Assembly: GCA_947479645.1 (NCBI GenBank)
Contig: CANKAJ010000007.1
Location: forward strand, 559-64,558
Length of the DNA stretch: 64,000 nt
Source of the DNA: Betaproteobacteria bacterium
GTDB lineage: Bacteria > Pseudomonadota > Gammaproteobacteria > Burkholderiales > SG8-39
Direction: 5' to 3'
In this document: positions 19,255 through 29,210 of the stretch, one piece after another
Layout of the letters: the number at the start of each line of letters is the position of its first letter
How positions within the stretch are numbered: position 1 is the first letter of the stretch
Program-made: the position numbers and the translations under genes
Notes under the pieces: model-generated
What the model was told of the DNA's origin: nothing
Seen by the model: the letters and a program-made list of their open reading frames with translations, nothing else
Database searches by the model: none

Positions 19255-20241
19255 ATGAATAAAACGCGCATCCTAGTGACTCGTACCGTATTCGATGAAG
19301 TGGTCTCGGACCTGCGAGGGGAATTCGACGTCGAGATGGGCGCGGTCGAACCTTATTCGACCGAGGAGTTGCGCCGACGGGCATCCGACAAGGTGGCATT
19401 GCTGGTGTGGGCTGACCGCATCGATGTTGCTCTGCTGGATTCAGCGCCAGGTCTGAGGGCGGTGTGCAATATGATGGTCGGTTACAACAATATTGATATT
19501 GCCGCGTGCACCGAGCGGGGCATTCTCGCGACCAATACTCCCGGTGTGCTTGACGATACGACCGCCGACATGACCTGGGCGCTGCTGCTGGCGGCGGCCC
19601 GCCGGGTGACTGAGTCGGAGCGCTGGCTGCGCGCCGGTCACTGGAAGGGCATGCCGTTTACCGGGATGCTTGGCCATGACGTTCACCATGCCACGCTGGG
19701 CATACTCGGCATGGGGCGCATCGGACGGGCGGTGGCGCGTCGCGCCGCCGGCTTTGACATGAACGTGATTTATCACAATCGTACCCGTCTGGATCCCGCG
19801 CTTGAGCAGGCGGTCGGGGCGCGCTATGTCAGTTTCCATGAGTTGCTGGCGGAGTCCGATTTTCTCAGCCTGAACCTTCCTTATGCGCCGGAGAATCATC
19901 ATCTGATCGGCGCGGCGGAACTGGCCCGCATGAAGCACAGCGCCATTATTGTGAATGTTGCGCGCGGTGGCATCATCGATGACGGAGCATTGATCGAAGC
20001 GCTCAGAGATCGGCGCATTGCCGGCGCGGGCCTGGATGTGTATGAAGGCGAGCCGGATTTTCATCGTGGATTCCTGGAACTGGACAACGTGGCGCTGGCC
20101 CCTCATCTGGGCAGTGCCAGCCACGCAACGCGTCTGGCCATGGCGCGCCTGGCGGTCAGCAACATGAGGGCCGCGCTGGCAGGAGAGCGCCCGCCCTGCC
20201 TCATCAATTCCGATGCCTGGGAGCAACGCCGGCAGGTTTGA
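19255..20241 (+). CDS. D-isomer-specific 2-hydroxyacid dehydrogenase (glyoxylate/hydroxypyruvate reductase-like)
   Basis: NAD-binding GILGMGRIGRAVARR, catalytic region NVARGGIIDDGAL, AGLDVYEGEP, APHLGSAS. Confidence 0.85.
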   Translation: MNKTRILVTRTVFDEVVSDLRGEFDVEMGAVEPYSTEELRRRASDKVALLVWADRIDVALLDSAPGLRAVCNMMVGYNNIDIAACTERGILATNTPGVLDDTTADMTWALLLAAARRVTESERWLRAGHWKGMPFTGMLGHDVHHATLGILGMGRIGRAVARRAAGFDMNVIYHNRTRLDPALEQAVGARYVSFHELLAESDFLSLNLPYAPENHHLIGAAELARMKHSAIIVNVARGGIIDDGALIEALRDRRIAGAGLDVYEGEPDFHRGFLELDNVALAPHLGSASHATRLAMARLAVSNMRAALAGERPPCLINSDAWEQRRQV

Positions 20242-20285
20242 GCAGCCGGGCTTGCCGCCGCTAGCTGGTGTTCAGGAACGGGTAT

Positions 20286-21497
20286 TCAGGAACCGGAGGC
20301 GCGCTGATAAATGGTGGCGACCGCGGTGGTCGGGTTGCCCTCGAAGTCTGTCCAGCAATGCCGATCGAAGTCATACAGCTTGCATTGGCGCATGGTGTCC
20401 CGCAGCCAGCGCAGCGAAAACCTCGACACAACCGCACGCTCCCCCAGCAATTCATTCATGCGCTGCTGAGCCGCTGCGTAGCGGTAACAGGGTACCCGCG
20501 GATGAACATGGTGGACGGCATGGTGATAGACGTTATGCACTGCAATCGAGAACAGGCGCGGAAACACCAGATCAACCGATAAATACTCCTGCCGTGCGAA
20601 CTCCTCCCGCTCAACCGGTTGCTGGAACCACGGCAACCTCGGGTCAGTGTGCTGGGTGTACAGCGTGAAGGCCATCAGGCTCATCCACAGGTAAAACGGC
20701 AGGACGAATCCCAGCATGACCGCGGTGAGTGCATCCACCGGCGCATACAGCGGCGCACTGAGCAGCAGGCCGAACAGACCGGTCAGATAGGTGAGCAGAA
20801 AGGCGAAATGACGCCATGCCGACTTGCGATAGCGCTGCGGCAGGAAGACACGCGGGAAGAACTTCACCTGCCACCAGCGGTGGAAGGTGTAATAGATGCC
20901 GAAGCTAAGCCCGAAGCCGTGGCTGCGGTAAAAACGCTCTCGCCATTGCTTCCAGCCTGGCAGCGCATCGAACTGCGCTTTTGACAGCGGCAGGTAGGAA
21001 TCCGGGTGGTCCGAGTTGACGTTGGGGTGGTGCAGCATGTGGTGGTCGTATATCCACAACCGGTAATTGAACAGGCAGGGCATGAAAGACAGTACTGCCA
21101 GCAGCCAGTTCAGCCCGGCCGATCGCGTCAGGCTGCCATGCGCCGCGTCATGCGCCAGCGTTGCCAGTCCGGACATCTTGATGCCGGAAAGGCAACCCGC
21201 GGCAATCTTCATCCACAGGTCGGGGAGGAATATGACTCCCAGAATGCCGGCCCAATACAAGCCGAAGTCGCCCAGGAATAGCGCGACGCCGCGCCAGGTG
21301 CTGGAAACGGCGTAGGTATTCATTTCCTGTACCAGGGCACGATGGGAAATCGGCTGCGCCTGCGTATTCAACGCAGCCTTCTGGGACGCAGCCTGCGGGG
21401 ATGAAGCCGGCTGCGCACAGGCGAAATCCGACCGTTGTGCCCGGTGGGCGTCGTCCTGAACCGCGTCCGAAATCTCTTGTGATGCGGCACTGTTCAT
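20286..21497 (-). CDS. membrane fatty-acid-desaturase-family protein
   Basis: Three His boxes: HDAAHG, HHMLHH, HNVYHHAVHH. ATG 21497 with AGGGAGG SD (the track start at 21503 is TTG). Confidence 0.85.
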   Translation of the reverse strand: MNSAASQEISDAVQDDAHRAQRSDFACAQPASSPQAASQKAALNTQAQPISHRALVQEMNTYAVSSTWRGVALFLGDFGLYWAGILGVIFLPDLWMKIAAGCLSGIKMSGLATLAHDAAHGSLTRSAGLNWLLAVLSFMPCLFNYRLWIYDHHMLHHPNVNSDHPDSYLPLSKAQFDALPGWKQWRERFYRSHGFGLSFGIYYTFHRWWQVKFFPRVFLPQRYRKSAWRHFAFLLTYLTGLFGLLLSAPLYAPVDALTAVMLGFVLPFYLWMSLMAFTLYTQHTDPRLPWFQQPVEREEFARQEYLSVDLVFPRLFSIAVHNVYHHAVHHVHPRVPCYRYAAAQQRMNELLGERAVVSRFSLRWLRDTMRQCKLYDFDRHCWTDFEGNPTTAVATIYQRASGS

Positions 21498-21717
21498 CCA
21501 CAACCTCCCTGTAGCCGTTGATCGGTGCCATCAGTACCTCGTGTGGATGAATTATGACATTGGCAAGTCGGGGGGCCAAATCGACGTTCAGGTCACAGGG
21601 AGCGCCAATCGCAGGTTCTGCACGGGCTGATTTCTAGACCCCGTGCTCAGGTGCATCCTGGACAGCCTGCCGGCCAGCCTTTCCGTGCCATGTCCTTTCC
21701 GATAACATGCAGTCCTC

Positions 21718-22155
21718 GTGAAAAAGACCACATTCCCCTCTCCGCAAGACGCTGAATCCGCTTTCTATGAAGCGCTGCAGGGCGCTGATCTGGATGCCAT
21801 GATGGAGGTATGGGCCGATGACGAGGAAATCGTCTGCGTGCACCCCGGCGGCGAACGCCTGGTTGGTTACGACGCCGTGCGCTCCGGCTGGGCGGCGATT
21901 GCCTCTTCCGGGCGGCGTCTCAGAGTCCAGCAGTCGGATCTAACGGTAGTTAGCGGCATGATGGTGACGGTGCACAGCCTGCAGGAACATATTAGCGTAC
22001 AGGGTCAGGGGGGGGCGCCGGTTGCGGTCGTCGCCACCAACATCTATCAGCGTACCGGCAATGGCTGGCGCATGATTGTTCATCATGCTTCGGCACTGCC
22101 CCAGGGCAACCGGCCTTCGCAACAGGCGCCTGGCGACCCCAAGGTCCTGCACTGA
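21718..22155 (+). CDS. SnoaL/NTF2-like small protein
   Basis: AESAFYEALQGADLDAMMEVWADDEEIVCVHPGG pattern typical of the DUF4440/SnoaL fold. GTG start. Confidence 0.5.
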   Translation: MKKTTFPSPQDAESAFYEALQGADLDAMMEVWADDEEIVCVHPGGERLVGYDAVRSGWAAIASSGRRLRVQQSDLTVVSGMMVTVHSLQEHISVQGQGGAPVAVVATNIYQRTGNGWRMIVHHASALPQGNRPSQQAPGDPKVLH

Positions 22156-23140
22156 GGGTACGCTGAGCGAGTTTCGTGCCCCCTGGTGGCTGAGGAATCG
22201 CCACTTCCAGACCATCTATGCGTCATTGCGCGGACGGATGGCGCGCGCACCACGCTACCGGCGCGAGCGCTGGGAGTCGCCGGACGGTGATTTTGTGGAC
22301 GTGGATTTCCTCGATCATCCCAGCCAGGCACCCATGCTTGTGCTGTTTCATGGCCTGGAGGGCAATTCGGCGAGCCATTATTCTGTCGCAATTGCCCGTG
22401 AGACGGCGCGGCGTGGCTGGCGCTTTGCCGTGCCGCATTTCCGTGGTTGCTCCGGTGAAATGAATCGATTGCCGCGTGCCTATCATTCCGGGGATAGCGG
22501 GGAGATCGCCTGGCTGCTGACGCGATTCCGGGCGGCTGCCGGCGCAGCGCCCTTGTATGCGATTGGAATCTCGCTGGGCGGAAATGCCCTTTTGAAATGG
22601 CTGGGCGAAAGTGGAGATCACGCCCGCGCAATCGTCACTGCGGCGGCGGCGATTTGCGCACCGCTGGATGTGCGTCTATCCGGTGATGCGCTGGGCGTCG
22701 GCTTCAATCGTCTTTATACGAGCCTGTTTCTCGCCACCATGAAGTCCAAGAGCGCGGCAAAGCTGGCACGCCACGCAGGCATTTTTGACGGCGCTGCCAT
22801 GCTGCGCTCGCGAACATTGCGGGAGTTTGACAACGTGGTCACTGCGCCGCTGCACGGGTTTCGTGATACCGATGATTACTGGGAGCGCGCCAGCGCGAGG
22901 CCGCTGCTGACCAGTATCGGCGTGCCCACGCTATTGATCAACGCGCTTGACGATCCATTCGTGCCGAATGCAGCGTTGCCTGATGTGCATGCGCTGCCGG
23001 CGTGTGTGTCCACCGATTTTCCCAGTCATGGAGGGCATGTCGGCTTTATCAGCGGGGCTTTTCCAGGGACGTTTGAATGGTTGCCGAAACGGGTTTGTGA
23101 CTATTTCGAAAATCATTGTCAGCGCGGCATGGACGGGTGA
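22076..23140 (+). CDS. alpha/beta hydrolase, YheT-like
   Basis: F.APWWLRNRHFQTIY N-terminal motif, HGLEG oxyanion region, nucleophile elbow GISLGGN. Start uncertain: TTG 22076 or ATG 22085 overlap the previous gene by 70-80 nt, and CTG 22163 follows a GAGGG. Confidence 0.75.
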   Translation: MFIMLRHCPRATGLRNRRLATPRSCTEGTLSEFRAPWWLRNRHFQTIYASLRGRMARAPRYRRERWESPDGDFVDVDFLDHPSQAPMLVLFHGLEGNSASHYSVAIARETARRGWRFAVPHFRGCSGEMNRLPRAYHSGDSGEIAWLLTRFRAAAGAAPLYAIGISLGGNALLKWLGESGDHARAIVTAAAAICAPLDVRLSGDALGVGFNRLYTSLFLATMKSKSAAKLARHAGIFDGAAMLRSRTLREFDNVVTAPLHGFRDTDDYWERASARPLLTSIGVPTLLINALDDPFVPNAALPDVHALPACVSTDFPSHGGHVGFISGAFPGTFEWLPKRVCDYFENHCQRGMDG

Positions 23141-23248
23141 ACGATACACCATGGCATTTCCTGACTGACTGCCTCCTGATCCATGCGCCCTCACTGCTAG
23201 AATTGGTTCGGCATTTCCAACCATCAACCATCAACCGGGTAACCATTA

Positions 23249-24637
23249 ATGACTCCCCCCGCCTATATTCCTGCGGCCGAGATTTTCAAGGCCTACGACA
23301 TCCGCGGTATTGTCGGCCGCACCTTGACTGAGGACGGCGTGCGGCTGATCGGCCGTGCGCTGGGGACTGAGGCGATCGCGCGTGGCCAGAAGGCCATTGC
23401 TGTCGGCCGGGACGGCCGCTTGTCCGGACCCGCCCTGGCGAATGCGTTGGGTGAAGGGCTGTCGAGCAGCGGCGTGGATGTCATCGACATCGGCATGGTG
23501 GCGACACCGATGAGCTATTTCGCCGCCCATCATCTGGGCTGCGGCAGCGCCGTGTCGGTCACTGGCAGCCACAATCCTCCCGACTATAACGGACTGAAGA
23601 TGGTGCTCGGCGGCACCACGCTGTCCGGCGAGGATATTCAGCAATTGCGCTCGCGCATTGAACGCGGCGATCTTGCCAGCGGCAACGGCAGTCGATCGGT
23701 GGCCGATGTGCGCCAAGCCTATCTTGATCGCATCGTGTCCGATGTAAAGCTGGCGCGCCCGATGCGCATTGCCATCGATTGCGGCAATGGCGTGGCCGGT
23801 GCCACCGCGGCGGAATTGTTTCGCCGGCTCGGATGTGACGTAACGGAACTCTTCTGCGAAGTCGATGGTGCCTTCCCCAACCATCATCCGGATCCATCGC
23901 AGCCCAAGAATCTCGTGGACCTGATCGCGGCGGTGCAGAAAGGAAATCTTGAACTGGGCCTGGCTTTTGACGGTGATGGCGATCGGCTTGGCGTGATTAC
24001 GCGGAGCGGTCTCATCATCTATCCGGATCGGCAATTGATGCTGTTCGCCAGGGACGTGTTGTCACGCTGTCCGGGCGCTGAAATCATCTATGACGTGAAA
24101 TGCACGCGACAACTGGCGCCCTGGATCAGGCGTTTCGGCGGGGTTCCCAGCATGTGGAAGACCGGCCATTCGCTGATCAAGAGTCGCATGAAGGAGCGCC
24201 AGGCACCGCTGGCCGGCGAAATGAGCGGCCATATGTTTTTCGGTGAACGCTGGTACTCCTTTGATGATGCGCAGTATGCCGGTGCCCGTCTGCTGGAGAT
24301 TCTGTCGCGGGAAGCCGATCCTTCAGCGCTGCTCGAGGGCTTGCCCGACGCGATCAGCACGCCGGAATTGCACCTGGAACTGGCCGAGGGCGAGCCACAC
24401 CGACTGATTGCCGGATTGCAGCAACAGGCCAAATTTCCCGGAGCGGTCGACATCATTACGCTGGATGGCTTGCGCGTGGAGTATGCCGACGGCTTTGGTC
24501 TTGCGCGTGCATCGAACACCACGCCGGTGGTGGTGCTGCGCTTTGAGGCCGACGATGCCGCGGCTCTGGCGCGAATCCAGGACGTGTTCCGTCAGGTGTT
24601 GCTGGCGGCCAAGCCTGGCGCCGTATTGCCGTTCTGA
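23249..24637 (+). CDS. phosphomannomutase/phosphoglucomutase
   Basis: Active-site TGSHNPPDYNGLK, metal loop FDGDGDRLGV, sugar loop GEMSGH. Confidence 0.92.
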   Translation: MTPPAYIPAAEIFKAYDIRGIVGRTLTEDGVRLIGRALGTEAIARGQKAIAVGRDGRLSGPALANALGEGLSSSGVDVIDIGMVATPMSYFAAHHLGCGSAVSVTGSHNPPDYNGLKMVLGGTTLSGEDIQQLRSRIERGDLASGNGSRSVADVRQAYLDRIVSDVKLARPMRIAIDCGNGVAGATAAELFRRLGCDVTELFCEVDGAFPNHHPDPSQPKNLVDLIAAVQKGNLELGLAFDGDGDRLGVITRSGLIIYPDRQLMLFARDVLSRCPGAEIIYDVKCTRQLAPWIRRFGGVPSMWKTGHSLIKSRMKERQAPLAGEMSGHMFFGERWYSFDDAQYAGARLLEILSREADPSALLEGLPDAISTPELHLELAEGEPHRLIAGLQQQAKFPGAVDIITLDGLRVEYADGFGLARASNTTPVVVLRFEADDAAALARIQDVFRQVLLAAKPGAVLPF

Positions 24638-24652
24638 CGCTGTCAATTAAAA

Positions 24653-24678
24653 GCGCCCGGTACTGCAGGGCGTTTTTT
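24653..24678. terminator. rho-independent terminator, probably bidirectional
   Basis: GCGCCC-GGTACTGCA-GGGCG followed by TTTTTT. The opposite strand also ends in a T-run. Lies between convergent genes. Confidence 0.7.
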
Positions 24679-24699
24679 CGTAGTTCTGCCGTGGCGAGT

Positions 24700-25029
24700 C
24701 TACTTCCTGACGGCCTGCTTGTCGTGCTTTTCGTGCGCGATGGCGCGGCTGTTGCGATTGGCTTCACGCTGCAGGCGTTCTCTCTCCTGCGGAGTGACAA
24801 CGCCGTCTGCCTTGGCTTTGGCTTCATTGGCCTGCAGCCGGGCCTGGCCTTTTTCCAGCCGTGCTGCTTCGCGAGGCGTAAGCTGGCCGGACTGCACTCC
24901 CTGATCGATGCGGCGTTGCTGGTTGGCTTCGCGCTTGTCGAGGTTGGGTGTGGCGGGCGCCTGCGCAAATGCGGGCAGGGTCATTACGCCAAACAGGATG
25001 ACGGAAACAAGGTTGGAAGACTTACGCAT
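24700..25029 (-). CDS. small secreted protein with LTxxE/Q-type helical repeats (Spy/CpxP-like?)
   Basis: ATG 25029 preceded by AGGAGA. Signal peptide MRKSSNLVSVILFGVMTLPAFA/QA. Repeats GQLTPREAARLEKGQARL and GVVTPQERERLQREANR. Confidence 0.55.
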   Translation of the reverse strand: MRKSSNLVSVILFGVMTLPAFAQAPATPNLDKREANQQRRIDQGVQSGQLTPREAARLEKGQARLQANEAKAKADGVVTPQERERLQREANRNSRAIAHEKHDKQAVRK

Positions 25030-25181
25030 GATTACTCTCCTTTTGAGGCGGACAATTTTCAGGGCGTTCCCTGTGGTCATATTAACGATGGGGATGCAGT
25101 TACTGTTGACGCTCAAGTGTAAGGGTTTGTAAATGCGTGCTTGTAAATGCAGCCTGGCTCAGGCGATCCGAATGACCAAGG

Positions 25182-25934
25182 TCATACGAGCCCGGCGGCA
25201 AAATCAGGGCTGATGATGTCCAGCCTGTCGGTGAAAATGGCATCCACGTTCCATGCAAACATCCTTCGCGCAGTCGCGGCATCATTGACTGTCCAGGCGG
25301 CGATGGCATAGCCGGCATTGTGCACGTCGCGCACGATGTCCGCCGTGATGTGTTTGGCGTTGCAATGCAGTGACACGCATTCGAGCGCCTGCAATTGCAT
25401 TCGCCAGTCGGGCGGCAGGTTGTCAATCAGCAGTCCCCGCGGCAATTCCGGTGCGGCATGACGGGCGGCATCGAGGGCCGCTGGCTGAAATGACGATAGC
25501 AGTGGTGGGCGCGGCGCGCCGCACCACAAACGCTGCGCCAGCAGCGCGCCGAGGCGTCCCGTGTCGACTTCATGACCACTGGCTGGTTTGATTTCGACAT
25601 TGGCCCAGACACCCAGCGCAGCGCACAAGTTGGCTGCCGCTTCTAAGGTGGGTACCGGTTCATGCGCAAAGGCTGAGCTGAACCAGCTTCCCGCATTCAA
25701 TTCGGCCAGCAATCGCATCGGTGTGTCGGCGACGCGGCCGTGGCCGTTGGTGGTGCGCTCGAGCGTCTCGTCATGGATCAGTACCGGCACCCCATCCTGG
25801 CTGAGCATGACATCGAATTCCACGCCGTGAAACCCGAGCGAGTGGCCTTTGCGAATGGCGGACAGGGTGTTTTCAGGTGCGAATTGGCCACCGCCACGGT
25901 GCGCGATTACCCTCGGGTAGGGCCAGAAGGTCAT
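25182..25934 (-). CDS. ugpQ: glycerophosphodiester phosphodiesterase
   Basis: GDPD motifs VIAHRGG, PENTLSAI, GVEFDVMLSQDGVPVLIHD. Confidence 0.88.
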   Translation of the reverse strand: MTFWPYPRVIAHRGGGQFAPENTLSAIRKGHSLGFHGVEFDVMLSQDGVPVLIHDETLERTTNGHGRVADTPMRLLAELNAGSWFSSAFAHEPVPTLEAAANLCAALGVWANVEIKPASGHEVDTGRLGALLAQRLWCGAPRPPLLSSFQPAALDAARHAAPELPRGLLIDNLPPDWRMQLQALECVSLHCNAKHITADIVRDVHNAGYAIAAWTVNDAATARRMFAWNVDAIFTDRLDIISPDFAAGLV

Positions 25935-25962
25935 GTCGGTGACGCTGGCGGCGAGTCTTTGC

Positions 25963-27297
25963 CTAGCGGCAGCCGGGACGGTCGCAGCGCTGCGGCGATG
26001 GAGGCGGGCTTTTCAGCAGGGCATTGCCGCGCTCCACCGCATCATCCAGTGCAGTTTTCGGCGTCTTGCTGCCATTCCAGACAGCATCCAGTTCCTGATC
26101 AAGGACGGCACGGATTTTTTCGTAATTGCGCAGTCGCACGCCGCGCGCAAAGCTCCCCGGCTTGATGCCGCGAAGCTGGGTGGCGGCGATCTGTGCTTCG
26201 GGGTGCTCCTTGTAATAGCCGGTCGCCTGCAGCGCTGTGTACGCACCTCGGGTGACCGGGATATAGCCGGTACCGCGGTGCCATTCGGCTGCGGCCACCG
26301 GTGAAGCAGCAAAGGCCATGAAGCGGGCGATGCCGGTGTATTCGAGCGCGGTCTTCCCTGCCATGGCCCACAGGGCGGCGCCGCCAATCAGCGTGTTATA
26401 GGGGGCATTGTTGAAGTCGTCGTAGTGGGGCAATGGGGCCATTCCCACTTTGAATTTGGCCGCATCCAGGATGCTCGACGATGCTCCCGATGAGCCGGTC
26501 AGGATGGCGCAATCACCCATGGCAAAGCGGGTTTCCCCCTCATTGCTTCGGCCGGCAGGAATGAACAGGGAGGATTTGGACCAAGCCGACAGCAGCGAGA
26601 TGTGGCGGATCATCAGATGACTGTTGAAGTTCAGTTCAACGAGCCCGGCAGCAAAGCCGTTATTGCCCGAGGCGAAAGGCTGGTTGTGCCAGGCACTGAC
26701 ATTTTCCAGATGAACCCACGCCTGCCAACTGGTGGTGTAGGGGCAATCACTGCCGGCTGCTTGCAGCGCAATCAACACTGGCTGCAACTCGGGCCAGGTC
26801 CTGGGTGGTTTGTCCGGGTCCAGGCCTGCCTCGCGAAATGCATCGCGGTTGTAGTACATCACCGGGGTGGAACTGTTGAAGGGCAGCGCCAACAGACGGC
26901 CCGTTGCGTCGGAGTAAAACGCCGCCGCGGGAGGGAAATAATTTTCGCGATCGACGGGTATCCGGGTTTCCGCGGCGAGCTGGTACAGCGGCTTGAAGAT
27001 GTTTCGCGTGGCCATCATGTCCGCCGCGCCGACTTCATACACCTGCAACATGTGCGGTGCCTTGCCGGCTCGGGCAGCTGTCATGCCGGCGGCGAAAGTG
27101 TCCTGATAGTGGCCCTGAAAAACCGGGATGACGCGGTAGCCCTGCTGCGACGCATTGAACTGTGTGGTCAGGCGCTGCAACGCGACGGCGGGTGCGCCTT
27201 CCATGGAGTGCCACAGCTGCAATTCCGTGACGGCGGGTGCGGCAGTAGCGATGGTGGAGACGAGAATGCCAAAGAGCAGTATCAGAAATCGATTCAT
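25963..27297 (-). CDS. ugpB: sn-glycerol-3-phosphate ABC transporter substrate-binding protein
   Basis: Signal peptide MNRFLILLFGILVSTIATAAPA (ATG 27297). Family-1 solute-binding layout. Adjacent to ugpQ. Confidence 0.8.
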   Translation of the reverse strand: MNRFLILLFGILVSTIATAAPAVTELQLWHSMEGAPAVALQRLTTQFNASQQGYRVIPVFQGHYQDTFAAGMTAARAGKAPHMLQVYEVGAADMMATRNIFKPLYQLAAETRIPVDRENYFPPAAAFYSDATGRLLALPFNSSTPVMYYNRDAFREAGLDPDKPPRTWPELQPVLIALQAAGSDCPYTTSWQAWVHLENVSAWHNQPFASGNNGFAAGLVELNFNSHLMIRHISLLSAWSKSSLFIPAGRSNEGETRFAMGDCAILTGSSGASSSILDAAKFKVGMAPLPHYDDFNNAPYNTLIGGAALWAMAGKTALEYTGIARFMAFAASPVAAAEWHRGTGYIPVTRGAYTALQATGYYKEHPEAQIAATQLRGIKPGSFARGVRLRNYEKIRAVLDQELDAVWNGSKTPKTALDDAVERGNALLKSPPPSPQRCDRPGCR

Positions 27298-27467
27298 GAA
27301 GCAGGCGCCTTCTTCTTTGGATGCAATCCATTTCGGGTTGCGTGGATTATAGTCTTGCAGTTGACTATGGACGACGATGGATATTTTCCACACATTGGCT
27401 CCGATAATGGGAATTGCCCGACTTCCTTGCTGTCCAATGCTTGCTGACTAAAGAGGAGTGCGGAGCC

Positions 27468-27836
27468 ATGGTGGTCGACATTGCCCGAAGGATGTTCATG
27501 ATTGCGCTGGTTGCAACGCTGGTGGCGTGTGCCGGGCTCGGGTCACGACCGGCACCTCCCTCGATTGAGCAAGTCCTGCAGATGGTTCGGGACAAGGTCG
27601 AAACTGCGGAAATCATCCGCCGCATGCAGGAATCAGGGGCCATCTACCGGTTTTCCGGATCGGAACTGGCACGCCTTCACGATCAGGGGGTGCCTGATCC
27701 GGTGATCGACTACATGCAGGCCACCTTGCTCGATTCGGTCCGTCGGGAGGAAGCACTGCGCGCCTTTTCCGGAACCCATTGGCCGGATCCCGCCTATATG
27801 CGAGGCGGAGCGGGGCGTGGGTACTGGTTTCCCTGA
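27468..27836 (+). CDS. lipoprotein, unknown function
   Basis: Lipobox in MVVDIARRMFMIALVATLVAC/AG. Confidence 0.55.
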   Translation: MVVDIARRMFMIALVATLVACAGLGSRPAPPSIEQVLQMVRDKVETAEIIRRMQESGAIYRFSGSELARLHDQGVPDPVIDYMQATLLDSVRREEALRAFSGTHWPDPAYMRGGAGRGYWFP

Positions 27837-27981
27837 TCGCAGAATAATCAGGTTTTACGTTATGTATTTGGACCGTTTTGACGTGATAATGTGCGCGGAC
27901 GAATAAAATAAGTTCGCTTTGAGCGGGCAATTAACCCGCATCCGGTATGTTTTACTTTCAATATTTGACGAGGAGGCATTT

Positions 27982-29127
27982 ATGGAAAGACGTTCATTTC
28001 TGAAAAAAGCGGGCGCCGGTCTTGCTGCTGGCGCTGCCGCTACCCCGGCCATTGCACAGACGGCCAATTTGCCCACAGTAAGCTGGCGGCTAGCCTCAAG
28101 TTTTCCCAAGAGCCTCGATACGATCTTCGGCGCGGCCGAAACGATTTCCAAGCGCGTTGCCGCAGCCACAAGCGGGAAATTCACCATCAGGGTGTTCGCC
28201 GGTGGTGAAATCGTGCCGCCGTTCTCGGTGCACACGGCGGTGCAGAACGCCACGGTGGAGTGCGCTCATACGGCGCCGTATTATTTTTTCGGCACTGATC
28301 CGACCTTCGCATTCTCCTGCGCCATCCCGTTCGGCATGAATGCCAGGCAGCAAAATGCCTGGATGTACCACGGCGGCGGCATGGAGTTGATGCGCGAGTT
28401 TTACAAGGAATACAACATCATCAACTTTCCCGCGGGGAATACCGGCGCGCAGATGGGTGGCTGGTTCCGCAAGGAGATCAAGACCGTGGCCGATCTCAAG
28501 GGACTGAAGATGCGCATTGGCGGAACGGGCGGATTGCCGTTGCAGAAACTCGGTGTGGTCCCGCAGCAGATCCCGGGCGGCGATATCTATCCGTCGCTGG
28601 AAAAAGGCACCATCGATGCCGCCGAATGGGTTGGCCCCTACGACGACGAAAAGCTCGGGTTCTACAAGGTGGCGAAGTTCTACCACTATCCGGGCTGGTG
28701 GGAAGGTGGCCCGGAACTCGATCTCTTCGTCAACATCAAGGCGTGGGAAGCCTTGCCCAAGGAGTATCAGTCCATTCTCGAGTCGGCCTGCTACGAAGCC
28801 AACATGGACATGTTGGCAAAGTACGATGCGCTGAATCCGGCGGCACTGAAGCGACTGATCGCCAATGGCGTGCAATTGCGGCCGTTTTCAAATGATGTCC
28901 TGGCTGCGTGCTACAAGGCCACCCAGGAGGTGTATGACGATATTGCCACGAAGAATGCCAAGTTCAAGAAGGTGTATGACTCATGGAAAGCATTCCTCCG
29001 CGACCAGGTGCAGTGGTTTTCCATCACGGAAAACCGCTTTGACAATTTCATGATTGCAGCGCAGCGCAGCGCGCAACGTGCGCCCGCGGCAGCAGCAGCG
29101 AAGGCTGCTCCAGCAGCCAAGAAGTAA
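27982..29127 (+). CDS. TRAP transporter substrate-binding protein (DctP-type) with twin-arginine signal
   Basis: MERRSFLKKAGAGLAAGAAATPAIAQ (RRxFLK). Conserved WRLASSFPKSLDT and AAEWVGPYDDEKLGF. ATG 27982 preceded by GAGGAGG. Confidence 0.85.
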   Translation: MERRSFLKKAGAGLAAGAAATPAIAQTANLPTVSWRLASSFPKSLDTIFGAAETISKRVAAATSGKFTIRVFAGGEIVPPFSVHTAVQNATVECAHTAPYYFFGTDPTFAFSCAIPFGMNARQQNAWMYHGGGMELMREFYKEYNIINFPAGNTGAQMGGWFRKEIKTVADLKGLKMRIGGTGGLPLQKLGVVPQQIPGGDIYPSLEKGTIDAAEWVGPYDDEKLGFYKVAKFYHYPGWWEGGPELDLFVNIKAWEALPKEYQSILESACYEANMDMLAKYDALNPAALKRLIANGVQLRPFSNDVLAACYKATQEVYDDIATKNAKFKKVYDSWKAFLRDQVQWFSITENRFDNFMIAAQRSAQRAPAAAAAKAAPAAKK

Positions 29128-29156
29128 TACGTCGCCGGCAGGCGGCCACATCTGAC

Positions 29157-29182
29157 AATCCCGCTTCGGCGGGATTTTTTTT
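29157..29182 (+). terminator. rho-independent terminator
   Basis: AATCCCGC-TTCG-GCGGGATT followed by a T-run. Confidence 0.8.
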
Positions 29183-29210
29183 CGACGTTGCGAGTTGGCA
29201 GGCAGGGTGT

